From: Marispirochaeta sp. | GTDB taxonomy: Bacteria; Spirochaetota; Spirochaetia; JC444; Marispirochaetaceae | Direction: 5' to 3' | NCBI GenBank assembly: GCA_963676835.2 | Contig: CAXXFF010000003.1 | Coordinates: 64,001 to 128,000, forward strand | DNA length: 64,000 nucleotides | In this document: positions 17,834-27,724 of the stretch, piece by piece | Layout: each line of letters starts with the position of its first letter | Numbering within the stretch: position 1 is the stretch's first letter | The notes under the pieces: model-generated | Databases searched by the model: none | What the model saw: the letters and a program-made list of their open reading frames with translations, nothing else | What the model was told of the DNA's origin: nothing | Position numbers and translations under genes: made by a program

Positions 17834-18097
17834 CTATATACCCAGCTTATCTTTCTGTTGAGTATATCTGATCTTGCCGGGTTTCTCTCTACGCCACAGG
17901 GGAAGATCTGCACTCTGAATATAGTCTTCAAGTTTTCTTTTTTCTAGATAGCGTAAATCTACAGCAATATCACCGAAACGCCTTCTGTCCCCACACTGCT
18001 GACGAAGCAGAATGTTCTGAACCTGATGCGGACGTATCTCTTCTATGCGCACCAGATATTCACCGATCTTTTCACCATACTTAAGTGAAGAGTTCAA
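17834..18097 (-). CDS. Stand-alone MshEN-like protein
   Basis: KIGEYLV...VQNILLRQ followed by RFGDIAVDLRYL...L; strong SD AGGAGG before TTG. Confidence 0.65.
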   Translation of the reverse strand: MNSSLKYGEKIGEYLVRIEEIRPHQVQNILLRQQCGDRRRFGDIAVDLRYLEKRKLEDYIQSADLPLWRREKPGKIRYTQQKDKLGI

Positions 18098-18197
18098 TCA
18101 GGTTCCCCCTCCTAAAAATCTGAGCTGTTCGTATAGCAGTAAAGACGATAGAGGCTTCCCGCTCGTGGGACTCTTAAAAGGTAATGCAGAAATACCT

Positions 18198-19343
18198 TTA
18201 CGTCAAATTTTCCCCGGGATTCGTAAACAGATGGTCAAACTGGGAGTGAAAACGACGGGGGACCATGATTTCCTGAACCGCAGACAGGGCGAAATCATCG
18301 GTCATGCCGGCAATATAATCAATCACAACACTCTTACCTGAGGCCTCTTCACTGCGATAAAGTTCCTGCATTTTGACAAGATATTCGCCAAAACGGGCAG
18401 CAAGAGTATTCCCTTCCCTTGAGTAGCCTGCATAATTATCCTTATGGGAGTCATAAAGATCGATGAGATACTCAAAAAGGGTAAACAGGATACGCCGGAA
18501 GTATCGGTGATACTCGCTGAGCAGTCGGTGCTTGTATATATTGCGGTAATTAAAATTTCTGAATTCCAGCAGAGCTTCATATACTTCGCGGGAAAATCCG
18601 ATACTTCCTGTTCGTAGAGAAGAGCGGATCATATCATTTACCAGGGTATCTATTATTTCACCATTGGATTCGCCGAGGACATCCCCTACGGCATGGGGCA
18701 AATCATCCCTGGATAACATTTTCAGATTAACAGCATCCTCAAAATCACGGCCGATGTAAGCGATTTTATCAGACATCCGCACAATACATCCTTCCCAGGT
18801 GGAGGGATACCGGTTTCTGTTTTCAATTGAGGAAAGATCCTTCAACTCGAAATCCGGGACAATTGCCTGTTCGAACTGCTCACCGCAATGATTTATTATC
18901 CCGTCACGGACGGCATAGGTCAGATTAAGACCTTTTCCTTTATTGGCAAGCTTATCTACAACCCTTAAGGAATATAGTTCATGGGCAAAAGGCTCACCTA
19001 AAAGTTCTTCAACAATTTTTTCTCCCACATGCCCGAAGGGAGTATGCCCGAGGTCATGGCCAAGACCTATAGCCCAGGCCAGATCTGCATCAAGATTAAG
19101 GGAGCGGCAGACCGTTGCTGAAACGCTTGCCACATGCAGGACATGTTCAATGCGGGTACAGATATGATCATTGTCAGGGGTAAAAAAGACCTGCGTTTTA
19201 TGCTTGAGACGCCTGAAAGGGTTTGAATGAATGATGGCGGTGGTATCACGAAAATAGGCACCCCGTATATCATTGTCCCTGGGTCGTATACGTCCGGTAA
19301 GTTCTTCTCTGGTGAGGGTACTGGAAAAAAATAGACTGCTCAT
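18198..19343 (-). CDS. dgt: dGTPase-like HD-domain dNTP triphosphohydrolase
   Basis: FRRLKHKTQVF, HDLGHTPFGH.GE, SDKIAY, DYIAGMTD. Start uncertain (19343 or 19367). Confidence 0.88.
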   Translation of the reverse strand: MSSLFFSSTLTREELTGRIRPRDNDIRGAYFRDTTAIIHSNPFRRLKHKTQVFFTPDNDHICTRIEHVLHVASVSATVCRSLNLDADLAWAIGLGHDLGHTPFGHVGEKIVEELLGEPFAHELYSLRVVDKLANKGKGLNLTYAVRDGIINHCGEQFEQAIVPDFELKDLSSIENRNRYPSTWEGCIVRMSDKIAYIGRDFEDAVNLKMLSRDDLPHAVGDVLGESNGEIIDTLVNDMIRSSLRTGSIGFSREVYEALLEFRNFNYRNIYKHRLLSEYHRYFRRILFTLFEYLIDLYDSHKDNYAGYSREGNTLAARFGEYLVKMQELYRSEEASGKSVVIDYIAGMTDDFALSAVQEIMVPRRFHSQFDHLFTNPGENLT

Positions 19344-19464
19344 ACTTACTATAAGTCTGCCTTCCACGGATACCTGCTGTCAAGTTCAACTTGAAATTTA
19401 TATGAGAAAGTTGCATTCCAACTTTTGAATGCTTAAGATAACTGTATGCAGGAGCATCCGTAGT

Positions 19465-21564
19465 ATGGCCACAGAAAAGATTCTTATAGTTGAGGATGAA
19501 CGCATAATTGCCCTCGATTTACAGCGAAGGCTGGAAAACTACGGTTACCGCATAATCGGTATCGAATCCACCGGAAACGGTGCAATAGAGGCCGTAGAAA
19601 AGGAAGCCCCGGATATCATCCTTATGGACATAATGCTCAGTGGTGATATCGATGGCATAGCAACCGCAGAAATTGTAAAAGAACGTTACGAAATCCCGGT
19701 GATTTTTCTTACCGCCTATTCTGATGAAACCACCCTGGACAGGGCGAAACAGGTTGAACCCATAGGCTACATTCTTAAACCCTTTAAAGAGAAGGAACTT
19801 CATACCAGTATTGATATTGCTCTGTATAAATACCGGATTGACCGTAAACTCAAATGGCAGGAACGCTGGTATTCCGCCATGTTTGACTCCATCGGAGATG
19901 GTATAATAGCAACAGATACCAGCGGCAAGGTATGTTTCGTCAATCCGGAATGTGAGAATCTGCTGGGAAAAGATGAGTTTGAACTGGACCGCCTCGACCT
20001 TAACGACGCACTGGAGTTATATGACTCCCACTCGGGACGCATAAATTTTACTGATTTGGCCGACATTCCCCTGGAAGATCTGCCATTCCGGTTCCAGAAC
20101 TGCATTATGACCAACAATATTGGACGTAAAATACATGTAGAAGGGTCGTATTCTAAAATTACCAGTCCCACCGGAAAAAATGAAGGCAGTGTTACCGTAA
20201 TAAGAGACACCTCTGCTCTGAAAAATCTGAGTGAACAACTGAGCTTTCAATCAAGTCATGATATTCTTACAAGTCTTGCCAACCGTGATGCCTTCGGTCT
20301 TCATTTATACAACCTTATCCAGAATCTTTCCGAACAGCCGGGAACCCATGCCCTTCTCTATCTTGATCTTGATCAGTTCAAGGTTGTCAATGATACCCTT
20401 GGTCACAGAGCCGGGGATGAAATGCTGCTGCAGGCAACTTCCATAATCCAGAGCATGGTTAAAACAACCGATTTCTGTGCTCGCCTGGGAGGAGATGAAT
20501 TCGGAATAATCCTTATAAATGTTTCCCCCAATCAGGCGTATAACCTTGCCGAAAGACTCCTGCATCGTCTTAGAAACCATAAGATGGTCTGGGACGACAA
20601 GGTTTTTACCATCAATTCATCTATCGGGCTGGTCAGAATTGATGCCCAGTCTGAAGATGTACAGACAGTGCTGGCTGCAGCGGATGATGCATGTTTTACC
20701 GCCAAGGAAGAAGGGGGCGGTAAGATTAAAATGTATGATTCCAACTCCAATATTTTCAAAAAACGCCGCAGCGAAATGACCTTGATATCCGAACTTCATG
20801 CAGCCATGGAAGAAGACAGGCTTGAGCTTTACTACCAGCCCATTATCCCTCTTAATACGGATAAACACAAAACCATTAAAAACGAAATTCTTCTGCGGCT
20901 GACAAGCCATGATGGCGAACTTATTATGCCCGGAACCTTTATTCCGGCGGCGGAACGCTATAATGTAATGCCCGCCATAGACAAGGCGGTACTGAGAAAA
21001 GGCCTTCAATCAATCTACTCCATCCTTGAAGAAATACCCGATGAGGATGTTATGTTCTGCATAAACTTAAGCGCTGCAACACTTGCCAACGAGCATCATC
21101 TGCTGGAGGCTGCCGACCTTATTACCGGGTCGGGTATTGCCCCGCAATTTCTCTGTTTTGAGGTGACCGAAACAGCAACTATCAGCAATATGCAGCTTAC
21201 CAATGATTTCATCAGGGAAATGCGGGACAAGGGGTACTATTTTTCCCTGGATGATTTCGGATCGGGATTCAGTTCATTCAACTATCTTAAAACCCTTCCC
21301 GTGGATTATCTGAAAATAGACGGGACTTTTGTGAGGGATATGGATGTAAACCCCATAGACCGCTCCATGGTGGAGGCCATCAACAGTCTGGGGCATATTA
21401 TAGGAACTGCCACAATCGCAGAGTATGTCCGCTCAAAGGAGATACTGCTGCTGCTTCGTGATATCGGTGTAGATTACGCTCAGGGATATGAAATTGCCGC
21501 CCCTTCCCCCCTCAGTCAGTATTCCCCCGGCAGCCCCTATGTGATCGACCTCAAAACGCCTTGA
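19465..21564 (+). CDS. REC-PAS-GGDEF-EAL signalling protein
   Basis: IVEDE/MD/KP receiver, PAS, RLGGDEF with no RxxD I-site, EIL, EVTE, DDFGSG, KID, QGY. Confidence 0.93.
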   Translation: MATEKILIVEDERIIALDLQRRLENYGYRIIGIESTGNGAIEAVEKEAPDIILMDIMLSGDIDGIATAEIVKERYEIPVIFLTAYSDETTLDRAKQVEPIGYILKPFKEKELHTSIDIALYKYRIDRKLKWQERWYSAMFDSIGDGIIATDTSGKVCFVNPECENLLGKDEFELDRLDLNDALELYDSHSGRINFTDLADIPLEDLPFRFQNCIMTNNIGRKIHVEGSYSKITSPTGKNEGSVTVIRDTSALKNLSEQLSFQSSHDILTSLANRDAFGLHLYNLIQNLSEQPGTHALLYLDLDQFKVVNDTLGHRAGDEMLLQATSIIQSMVKTTDFCARLGGDEFGIILINVSPNQAYNLAERLLHRLRNHKMVWDDKVFTINSSIGLVRIDAQSEDVQTVLAAADDACFTAKEEGGGKIKMYDSNSNIFKKRRSEMTLISELHAAMEEDRLELYYQPIIPLNTDKHKTIKNEILLRLTSHDGELIMPGTFIPAAERYNVMPAIDKAVLRKGLQSIYSILEEIPDEDVMFCINLSAATLANEHHLLEAADLITGSGIAPQFLCFEVTETATISNMQLTNDFIREMRDKGYYFSLDDFGSGFSSFNYLKTLPVDYLKIDGTFVRDMDVNPIDRSMVEAINSLGHIIGTATIAEYVRSKEILLLLRDIGVDYAQGYEIAAPSPLSQYSPGSPYVIDLKTP

Positions 21565-21598
21565 CCTGTTTGATTGAGACGGTTACTGTTCTGACACA

Positions 21599-22168
21599 AT
21601 GGAATACCGACCGTCACGGCCTGTAATACTCTCAGGTGTTAAACATTCAGGCAAATCAACAGTTGGACATATACTTGCGGAGAAGCTCAGTCTCCAGTTT
21701 CATGATTTAGATGACTGCGTTGTTGAGCTTTGCCGCGAAGACCGCGGCGGGGATGTAATTACCTGGGAACCCCGGGAGATCTACCGCCGACTGGGTAAAA
21801 CAGGATTTCAGAACCTTGAATTCCGCTGCCTCAAACATCTGTCTCAAATAAACCAGCATCCTTACGTGCTCGCCCTGGGTGGTGGAACGCCCGAATATGA
21901 TGACTCGAGAAATTTCCTAAAAACCATGGGGATTCTTGTTTACCTTCATGAGATTCCTGATGTTCTTTTTGAGAGGATTGCCGCGAGGGGTCTTCCTCCT
22001 TTTCTGGATACAGAGGATCCGAAAAAAACCTTTAATGAGCTTTTTACCCGCCGGGACAATCTGTACCGCCAAGAGGCTCATATAATTCTTGAACTGAACG
22101 GAGCATCCGCAGAAGATGCTGCGACTACTTTGATACATATGCTGCAGGAGTATGACTATGCCGGGTAA
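21599..22168 (+). CDS. aroK: Shikimate kinase
   Basis: GVKHSGKSTVG, DLD, LGGGT; overlaps aroC. Confidence 0.88.
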   Translation: MEYRPSRPVILSGVKHSGKSTVGHILAEKLSLQFHDLDDCVVELCREDRGGDVITWEPREIYRRLGKTGFQNLEFRCLKHLSQINQHPYVLALGGGTPEYDDSRNFLKTMGILVYLHEIPDVLFERIAARGLPPFLDTEDPKKTFNELFTRRDNLYRQEAHIILELNGASAEDAATTLIHMLQEYDYAG

Positions 22169-23213
22169 CAGTTTTGGTAATTTGTTTCGTATAACAACTT
22201 TCGGAGAATCCCACGGCCCCGGTGTTGGTGTCATTATTGACGGAGTTACCCCGGGCCTTGAACTTTCTGAAGAAGATATTCAAATTGAAATGAACCGGCG
22301 AAAACCGGGACAGTCCGATATAACCACCCCAAGACAGGAGAGTGACCGGGTCCACATAATGTCCGGTCTCTTCGAAGGCAAAACCACCGGAACTCCCATG
22401 GGGGTGATTCTCTATAATCAGGATCAGAGACCCGGAGCATATGACGATATAAAAGATATGTTCCGTCCGGGCCACGCGGACATTACCTATCTGAAGAAGT
22501 ATGGTATCCGGGACCATCGTGGCAGCGGAAGGGCATCGGGCCGGGAAACCGCCGGACGGGTCGCCGGAGGAGCGGTGGCAAAAAAACTGCTTGCCCGCCG
22601 GGGTGTTACCATAACTGCATATACCCTGCGTGCCGGCGGATTCCAGTGCGAAACCTACGATCCCTCTGTTATAGAAAAAAACCCCATGCGGGCCTGCGAT
22701 CCCGTGGCAGCGGAGAAGATGGCCCGGAAAGTGCGGGAGCTCTCTGAAAAAGGAGACAGCACCGGTGGAATTATTGAATGCCGCATAAATGGTCTCCCCC
22801 CGGGGCTCGGCGAACCGGTATTTGATAAACTTGATGCAGAGCTGGCCAAGGCTATTCTCAGTCTTGGCGCGGTAAAAGGTATAGAGTTCGGCTCAGGCTT
22901 CGGCTGCGCTGATATGTCCGGCAGCGAACACAACGACTGGATGGATAAGAACGGTTTTCAGAGCAATAATGCCGGAGGAATCCTCGGTGGAATTTCAACT
23001 GGACAGGAGTTGATTTTCCGGGCGGCGGTAAAACCGACATCCAGTATTACTGCAAAACAAAGAACCCTGGATAAAGACGGTAACGAACGTGAGATTATTA
23101 CCGAAGGCAGGCATGATCCATGTATCTGTCCCCGCATTATACCGGTCATGGAAGCCATGGCGGCGATTGTTCTGGAAGATCATTTTAAACGACAGGAAGC
23201 AATGCACTTCTGA
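22158..23213 (+). CDS. aroC: Chorismate synthase
   Basis: GESHG, RPGHAD, RET, NNAGGILGGIS, KPTSS, GRHDPC. Confidence 0.97.
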   Translation: MPGNSFGNLFRITTFGESHGPGVGVIIDGVTPGLELSEEDIQIEMNRRKPGQSDITTPRQESDRVHIMSGLFEGKTTGTPMGVILYNQDQRPGAYDDIKDMFRPGHADITYLKKYGIRDHRGSGRASGRETAGRVAGGAVAKKLLARRGVTITAYTLRAGGFQCETYDPSVIEKNPMRACDPVAAEKMARKVRELSEKGDSTGGIIECRINGLPPGLGEPVFDKLDAELAKAILSLGAVKGIEFGSGFGCADMSGSEHNDWMDKNGFQSNNAGGILGGISTGQELIFRAAVKPTSSITAKQRTLDKDGNEREIITEGRHDPCICPRIIPVMEAMAAIVLEDHFKRQEAMHF

Positions 23214-23266
23214 TTGTTGCCGCTTATTGTAGTCCATATTTATACACCCACAAAAAGGAGTTTTTC

Positions 23267-23776
23267 ATGCGTTATTCAATTCGGGTTAGAGGTAACCGAA
23301 GAATGATGGTTGCCTATGTTATGATTGCTGTTCTGCTTATTTTTACAGTTGTCCCCCTCATGTTTATTCCGGGAACCGCCGGAGCTCTGGTTGCTATGCT
23401 CTTTGCATTCTTAAGCTACCAGATGATCCGTATGCTGGTATTGCATTTAAAGAGCTATATCCTCACCCACGATGAAGGTATAACCCTGCGCTTTCCCAAC
23501 CGCAAAATTGAGCGTCTCACCTGGGAGGATGTTACCCACACAGGTGCGATCAAAACTCCCCATGGAAGCATCATGCGCTTTATTTATGCAGAAGAAAAAG
23601 ACCGTCTGGCAACAGTTCCGGACGAGTACTACAGCCTGGATGAACTTGATAAAGAGATGAAAGCCCACTCCGCCTGGTTCGAGCTGGAACAGAAAGAGGG
23701 AGAAAGCATTCAAAGTGTTATCCTACCATACACCAAGCATGCAGGTACGGAAATTGAGAGCGAAAAAGAGGATTAA
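23267..23776 (+). CDS. Hypothetical membrane protein (2 TM plus soluble domain)
   Basis: SD AAGGAG; two N-terminal hydrophobic helices. Confidence 0.7.
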   Translation: MRYSIRVRGNRRMMVAYVMIAVLLIFTVVPLMFIPGTAGALVAMLFAFLSYQMIRMLVLHLKSYILTHDEGITLRFPNRKIERLTWEDVTHTGAIKTPHGSIMRFIYAEEKDRLATVPDEYYSLDELDKEMKAHSAWFELEQKEGESIQSVILPYTKHAGTEIESEKED

Positions 23777-23878
23777 CCTGTTTAGGTGTAACCATTCTGC
23801 GCGGCTGCATATTTTTCCTGATTATTTCTCACTTTTGCAGTATACTTTACCTGTTAGCTCTGAAATTGGAGGCTTTGT

Positions 23879-24871
23879 ATGAAAAGAATAATGCTAATTG
23901 CAGTTGCTGTCCTGCTGATATTCAGCTTCTCTGCAGCAGCTCAGACACCAGACCTTGATGATTTTATGAATACCTTTGAAACCTTCGCAGAAGATGCCGC
24001 ACCTTCAATACCGCTGCTTGCCGACATCGGCCTGCGCTGGTCCGACTCATATATTGGACACTTCCCCCATTTTGGTGTTGGAGTTTCTGCCGGGTTCGTA
24101 GTCGTTCCTGTGGATGATATTGAACAGCTCTACAATCAGCTTGGTATTACCGATATTCCCCAGGAAATTATAGATCTTGGCGGACTGCCCATAATGGCGG
24201 ATGCCGTAGAAGCCCGAATCGGCGGATTTATTCTTCCCTTCGATATCGGCATAAAAGCAGGATACATTCCTGATGCGGCAAAAGAAGCCATGAACGATGG
24301 TGTAGCAGTTGACTACAAAATGTTCGGCCTGAACATGCGGTACCGCATGGTAAAAGAAGGCCTCTTGATGCCGGAAGTATCCATCGGTGCCGGTTATACC
24401 CGCCTTGATGGAATGGTTTCAACAAGCGTAGGTACTACAGAAACTATTTCAGACCCTGACACAACAACACCACTTGACGATATCACTATCTACGCCCCTG
24501 AAGTTATGTTTGGTTGGAAAAGTAACGTTTTCGACGCCAACATACAGATCAGTAAAAACATCCTATTTATCCTTCGACCTTATGCAGGTATTGGCGCATC
24601 TTATGGCATATCAGAAGCAGGCGGTGGATATAATGCAGATATCGATTTTGGAACAGATACTGCTGCAGACTGGAAAACCAAGTACCCTGGATACTTTGAT
24701 GATCTCAGCAGCACCGGTATGACTACCTACTCTGAAGCCAACGGCTTTGCTTTCCGTGCCTATGCGGGAACCTCGGTAGAACTGCTTTTTGCAAAGCTTG
24801 ATCTTTCCGCCACCCTGAACCCGGTAACCCAGGCTATTGGAGCACAGCTCAACCTGAGAGCTCAGTTCTAA
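23879..24871 (+). CDS. Probable outer-membrane beta-barrel protein
   Basis: Signal peptide, alternating Gly/aromatic beta strands, C-terminal LNLRAQF; own SD and terminator. Confidence 0.75.
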   Translation: MKRIMLIAVAVLLIFSFSAAAQTPDLDDFMNTFETFAEDAAPSIPLLADIGLRWSDSYIGHFPHFGVGVSAGFVVVPVDDIEQLYNQLGITDIPQEIIDLGGLPIMADAVEARIGGFILPFDIGIKAGYIPDAAKEAMNDGVAVDYKMFGLNMRYRMVKEGLLMPEVSIGAGYTRLDGMVSTSVGTTETISDPDTTTPLDDITIYAPEVMFGWKSNVFDANIQISKNILFILRPYAGIGASYGISEAGGGYNADIDFGTDTAADWKTKYPGYFDDLSSTGMTTYSEANGFAFRAYAGTSVELLFAKLDLSATLNPVTQAIGAQLNLRAQF

Positions 24872-24892
24872 AACAATCAGTCCTTCTTAAAT

Positions 24893-24924
24893 AGAGACGC
24901 CCCGCTTTCGCGGGGCGTTTTTTT
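24893..24924 (+). terminator. Rho-independent terminator between convergent genes
   Basis: ACGCCCCGC-TTTC-GCGGGGCGT followed by a T-run. Confidence 0.85.
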
Positions 24925-26320
24925 ATACCGAATATGCCAGCTTGCTTTTGGCAATCCGCTTCCGGGAAGCCCGGATTTCATCGCCGTAATCGTAGATAAT
25001 ATTACCGATCTTTTCCCTCAGGGTGCCGTATCCGAAGGCTGCTGCACAGATCTCAAAATTCTGCTCAACCGCATCATCCCGTACTCCTTTATCGGTAATA
25101 AGGGTATGCATCTGTTCCACTGCGGAATCGGGAATAATCAGCATACCCGTGTCGTCGTACTGATCAAGAATTTCCACATTTTTAAGCTTTAAAATACCGA
25201 TATCGGTTTTGTAAACCAGATAGGTGGTGGTCACCACCGGCACCTTGGCAGCAATAGCCTCCAGCAGGGCATTGCCGAAGCCTTCCCAAATGGGCAGGTA
25301 GGTTACAATATCCGCATTTGCAAGGACATCCCTGTTTGTGTACATCTTCCGGCCCTCGGCATCGGTTCCCCGTTCAGAGGCAACCCGTTCTGCAATCAGA
25401 TGCACGGGTATGCCCATTTTTTCGCCCATGGCCTGTATCTGCTGGATATAGTTTTCATCCGGCTCATCTCCCTGATACAGGGAAATTATAAAGTGGGTAC
25501 GGTTTTTATACTGAGGGTATTTCTCTACAAATCGACCGACAAGAGCCACAGAATCCTCTATACGCTTCCGCCGTACAATCCGTGTTGGCTGTATAACAAG
25601 AATATCATCTTCCCTGAAACCGAGATCGGCTCTGAAGCTTGAATTATACTCATCCTTCCATACGGGATTATCAAAGTCTTCACAGTTTGGCACCAGCTTC
25701 GGATGCACCCTCTTTATGGAGCGCAATACGTGGGCGGCATAAGAGGAAAGAACAACATGTTCCAGTCCGGGATCAGTGGGAGGCATTATACGACCGAGAA
25801 GTCCTTCTATATGGCTGTTGGAAAAGCGGCTCCTTTCCCACCAGAAATCATGATGATGAAAAATTGTGGCTACCCGTTTTTCGCTTGCAAGTTCATATAC
25901 ACCCATGCCGCCCAGGAGAGTCATGGGCATGGCATTGGTATTCTGGGCTACAATAACGTCAATATCGTTATTCTGAACATATTCAAACATGCGGTTGGCA
26001 ATCTCGTTGCCCTCAAACTGCAGTTTGTCCAGAATCATTTTCTTTCTTTTAGGGGTAATATGGGGGGGGTGTTTCTGCAGATGAGGAAAAACCTGGCTTT
26101 CATACCATTTCTGCTCTTCGCTGTCGAAACGGATACCAGGAAGGGTAAACTGCTGATCTTCCGGCAGAGAGGTAAGCACCGTACCGTATTTCCCGGCAAT
26201 GGTATGAACCTCATGACCCATTCCGTTGAGGACATCTATCCATTTATCAACTTCCAGTGAAACACCGTCAACGTCGCCGAGTTTTCCCGAAATTATGCCC
26301 ACTTTAAATGCGTCTGCCAT
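24923..26320 (-). CDS. GT4 glycosyltransferase, resembling mannosylglucosylglycerate synthase (MggS-like)
   Basis: DGVSLEVDKW, HHHDFWWER, QPTRIVRRKRIE, EGFGNALLE. Confidence 0.8.
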   Translation of the reverse strand: MADAFKVGIISGKLGDVDGVSLEVDKWIDVLNGMGHEVHTIAGKYGTVLTSLPEDQQFTLPGIRFDSEEQKWYESQVFPHLQKHPPHITPKRKKMILDKLQFEGNEIANRMFEYVQNNDIDVIVAQNTNAMPMTLLGGMGVYELASEKRVATIFHHHDFWWERSRFSNSHIEGLLGRIMPPTDPGLEHVVLSSYAAHVLRSIKRVHPKLVPNCEDFDNPVWKDEYNSSFRADLGFREDDILVIQPTRIVRRKRIEDSVALVGRFVEKYPQYKNRTHFIISLYQGDEPDENYIQQIQAMGEKMGIPVHLIAERVASERGTDAEGRKMYTNRDVLANADIVTYLPIWEGFGNALLEAIAAKVPVVTTTYLVYKTDIGILKLKNVEILDQYDDTGMLIIPDSAVEQMHTLITDKGVRDDAVEQNFEICAAAFGYGTLREKIGNIIYDYGDEIRASRKRIAKSKLAYSV

Positions 26321-26359
26321 AGCAACCTTCCTTTCAACCGTCAGTTAAAGTATATAGTA

Positions 26360-27526
26360 TCAGGCCTGGAACAGAGGCCCCATGCGTCCTTTCCAGCGGG
26401 GATGTTTTGATGAAATATCTTCGGTGTACAGAGGCCCGTCAAAGGGTTCCTGTTCAACTCCTTTCAAACCGGTTACACAACTGGATATCCACCGGGCAAG
26501 ACGGAGTACCACCATTTTATGCCTCAGTCTCCCCTGCATATCCCTGTTGAGAATCTGCGGGATTGTACTGGTGGTTACAATTTCATCAATAGCCGGATCG
26601 TTCAGGGTTATCCGCCCTTCTCTGCTTGAATAAAAATGGGTAACCATAAATATAATCTTATTAGGATTCCCCTGTCTCAGCAACTTGCAGCACTCAAGAA
26701 TTGTAGTACCCGTACGGACCATGTCGTCGGTGACAACCAGATCCTTTCCTTCAATATCTGCCAAAGAAATACCGCTGTCCGGATCAACCTCGATGCTTAC
26801 TTCCCGTTCACCGGTTCTCTTTTTGTTCATGGAAAGAAGTTTTACGTCATCCCGGCCGAGGCAATCATGCAGTTTCTGACAGAAAACAAGAGCGCCTTTA
26901 TCGGGTGCGCAGAGAACAAGGTTGTCTACATTTACAATATCGGAGTCGCGAATGTACTCTGCATATACAGGAAAGGGCTGCAGGTTATTGAAATACCCTG
27001 AAAAACGGTCCATAAAAATATGTTCCACCGAAACCGAATGGTTATGTACCGTTACCACTTCGTCCACACCGCTCTCCCGGAGAAGATCAGCATACAATCT
27101 TGCGGAAAAGGGCTGGCCGTCAAACTTCTTATAGTCCCATTCGTTACGGCTTATTGCAGTATCTCCATGTTCGGGCCGGGGGCCGCGGTCCTGGGCGCTG
27201 TAGAACAGATCCGGTTCAAGCAGAATCACCCTGTCGGCACCATTATCCTTGGCGGCCCTGGCAATAAGAAAGTTCCTTGTGGCCAGCTCATCTCTGGTGT
27301 AGCCGCCCATGGTTGTGCTGGTGATAATCACAGTATAATTTTCCAGCTTTCGCCCTATATTTTCCATGCTTTCTTCGTCCACAATAAACCGGGGGCAGAA
27401 TTCATCATTCAGAAAACTTTTAAGGGATACAATATCTGAATAATGCTCCCTCTGGCCAAGATGAAAACCTATATCCGCGGCAAAAGGACTGTCCGCTATA
27501 TTACCTACAATTATCAGCTTTCCCAT
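26360..27526 (-). CDS. Divergent ribose-phosphate pyrophosphokinase-like protein
   Basis: F..DE, YSAQDR, HNH, APDKGA, K.R, DDMVRTGTT PRPP loop, TH. Confidence 0.8.
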   Translation of the reverse strand: MGKLIIVGNIADSPFAADIGFHLGQREHYSDIVSLKSFLNDEFCPRFIVDEESMENIGRKLENYTVIITSTTMGGYTRDELATRNFLIARAAKDNGADRVILLEPDLFYSAQDRGPRPEHGDTAISRNEWDYKKFDGQPFSARLYADLLRESGVDEVVTVHNHSVSVEHIFMDRFSGYFNNLQPFPVYAEYIRDSDIVNVDNLVLCAPDKGALVFCQKLHDCLGRDDVKLLSMNKKRTGEREVSIEVDPDSGISLADIEGKDLVVTDDMVRTGTTILECCKLLRQGNPNKIIFMVTHFYSSREGRITLNDPAIDEIVTTSTIPQILNRDMQGRLRHKMVVLRLARWISSCVTGLKGVEQEPFDGPLYTEDISSKHPRWKGRMGPLFQA

Positions 27527-27724
27527 CTGGGTACTCCTTGGGTTGTCACACGGAATGCAGACTAAAATATGGAATAAATCAGGTCAACAGCTTCAGGCCA
27601 CCTCTAAAAACTACTCTTTTCTCCATATCCTCCTGGGCTATGGCAAAAATACCACGTTTTTAGAAGTGCCTTTATATCATAACGGGTATTGAGTTTTCGG
27701 TACAGGACTGTGTATTGTTGTGCC

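Noticed and set aside
18098..18197. Possible riboswitch or sigma28 promoter upstream of the MshEN-like gene
   Set aside because: Only a short imperfect hairpin; consensus motifs not convincingly matched.
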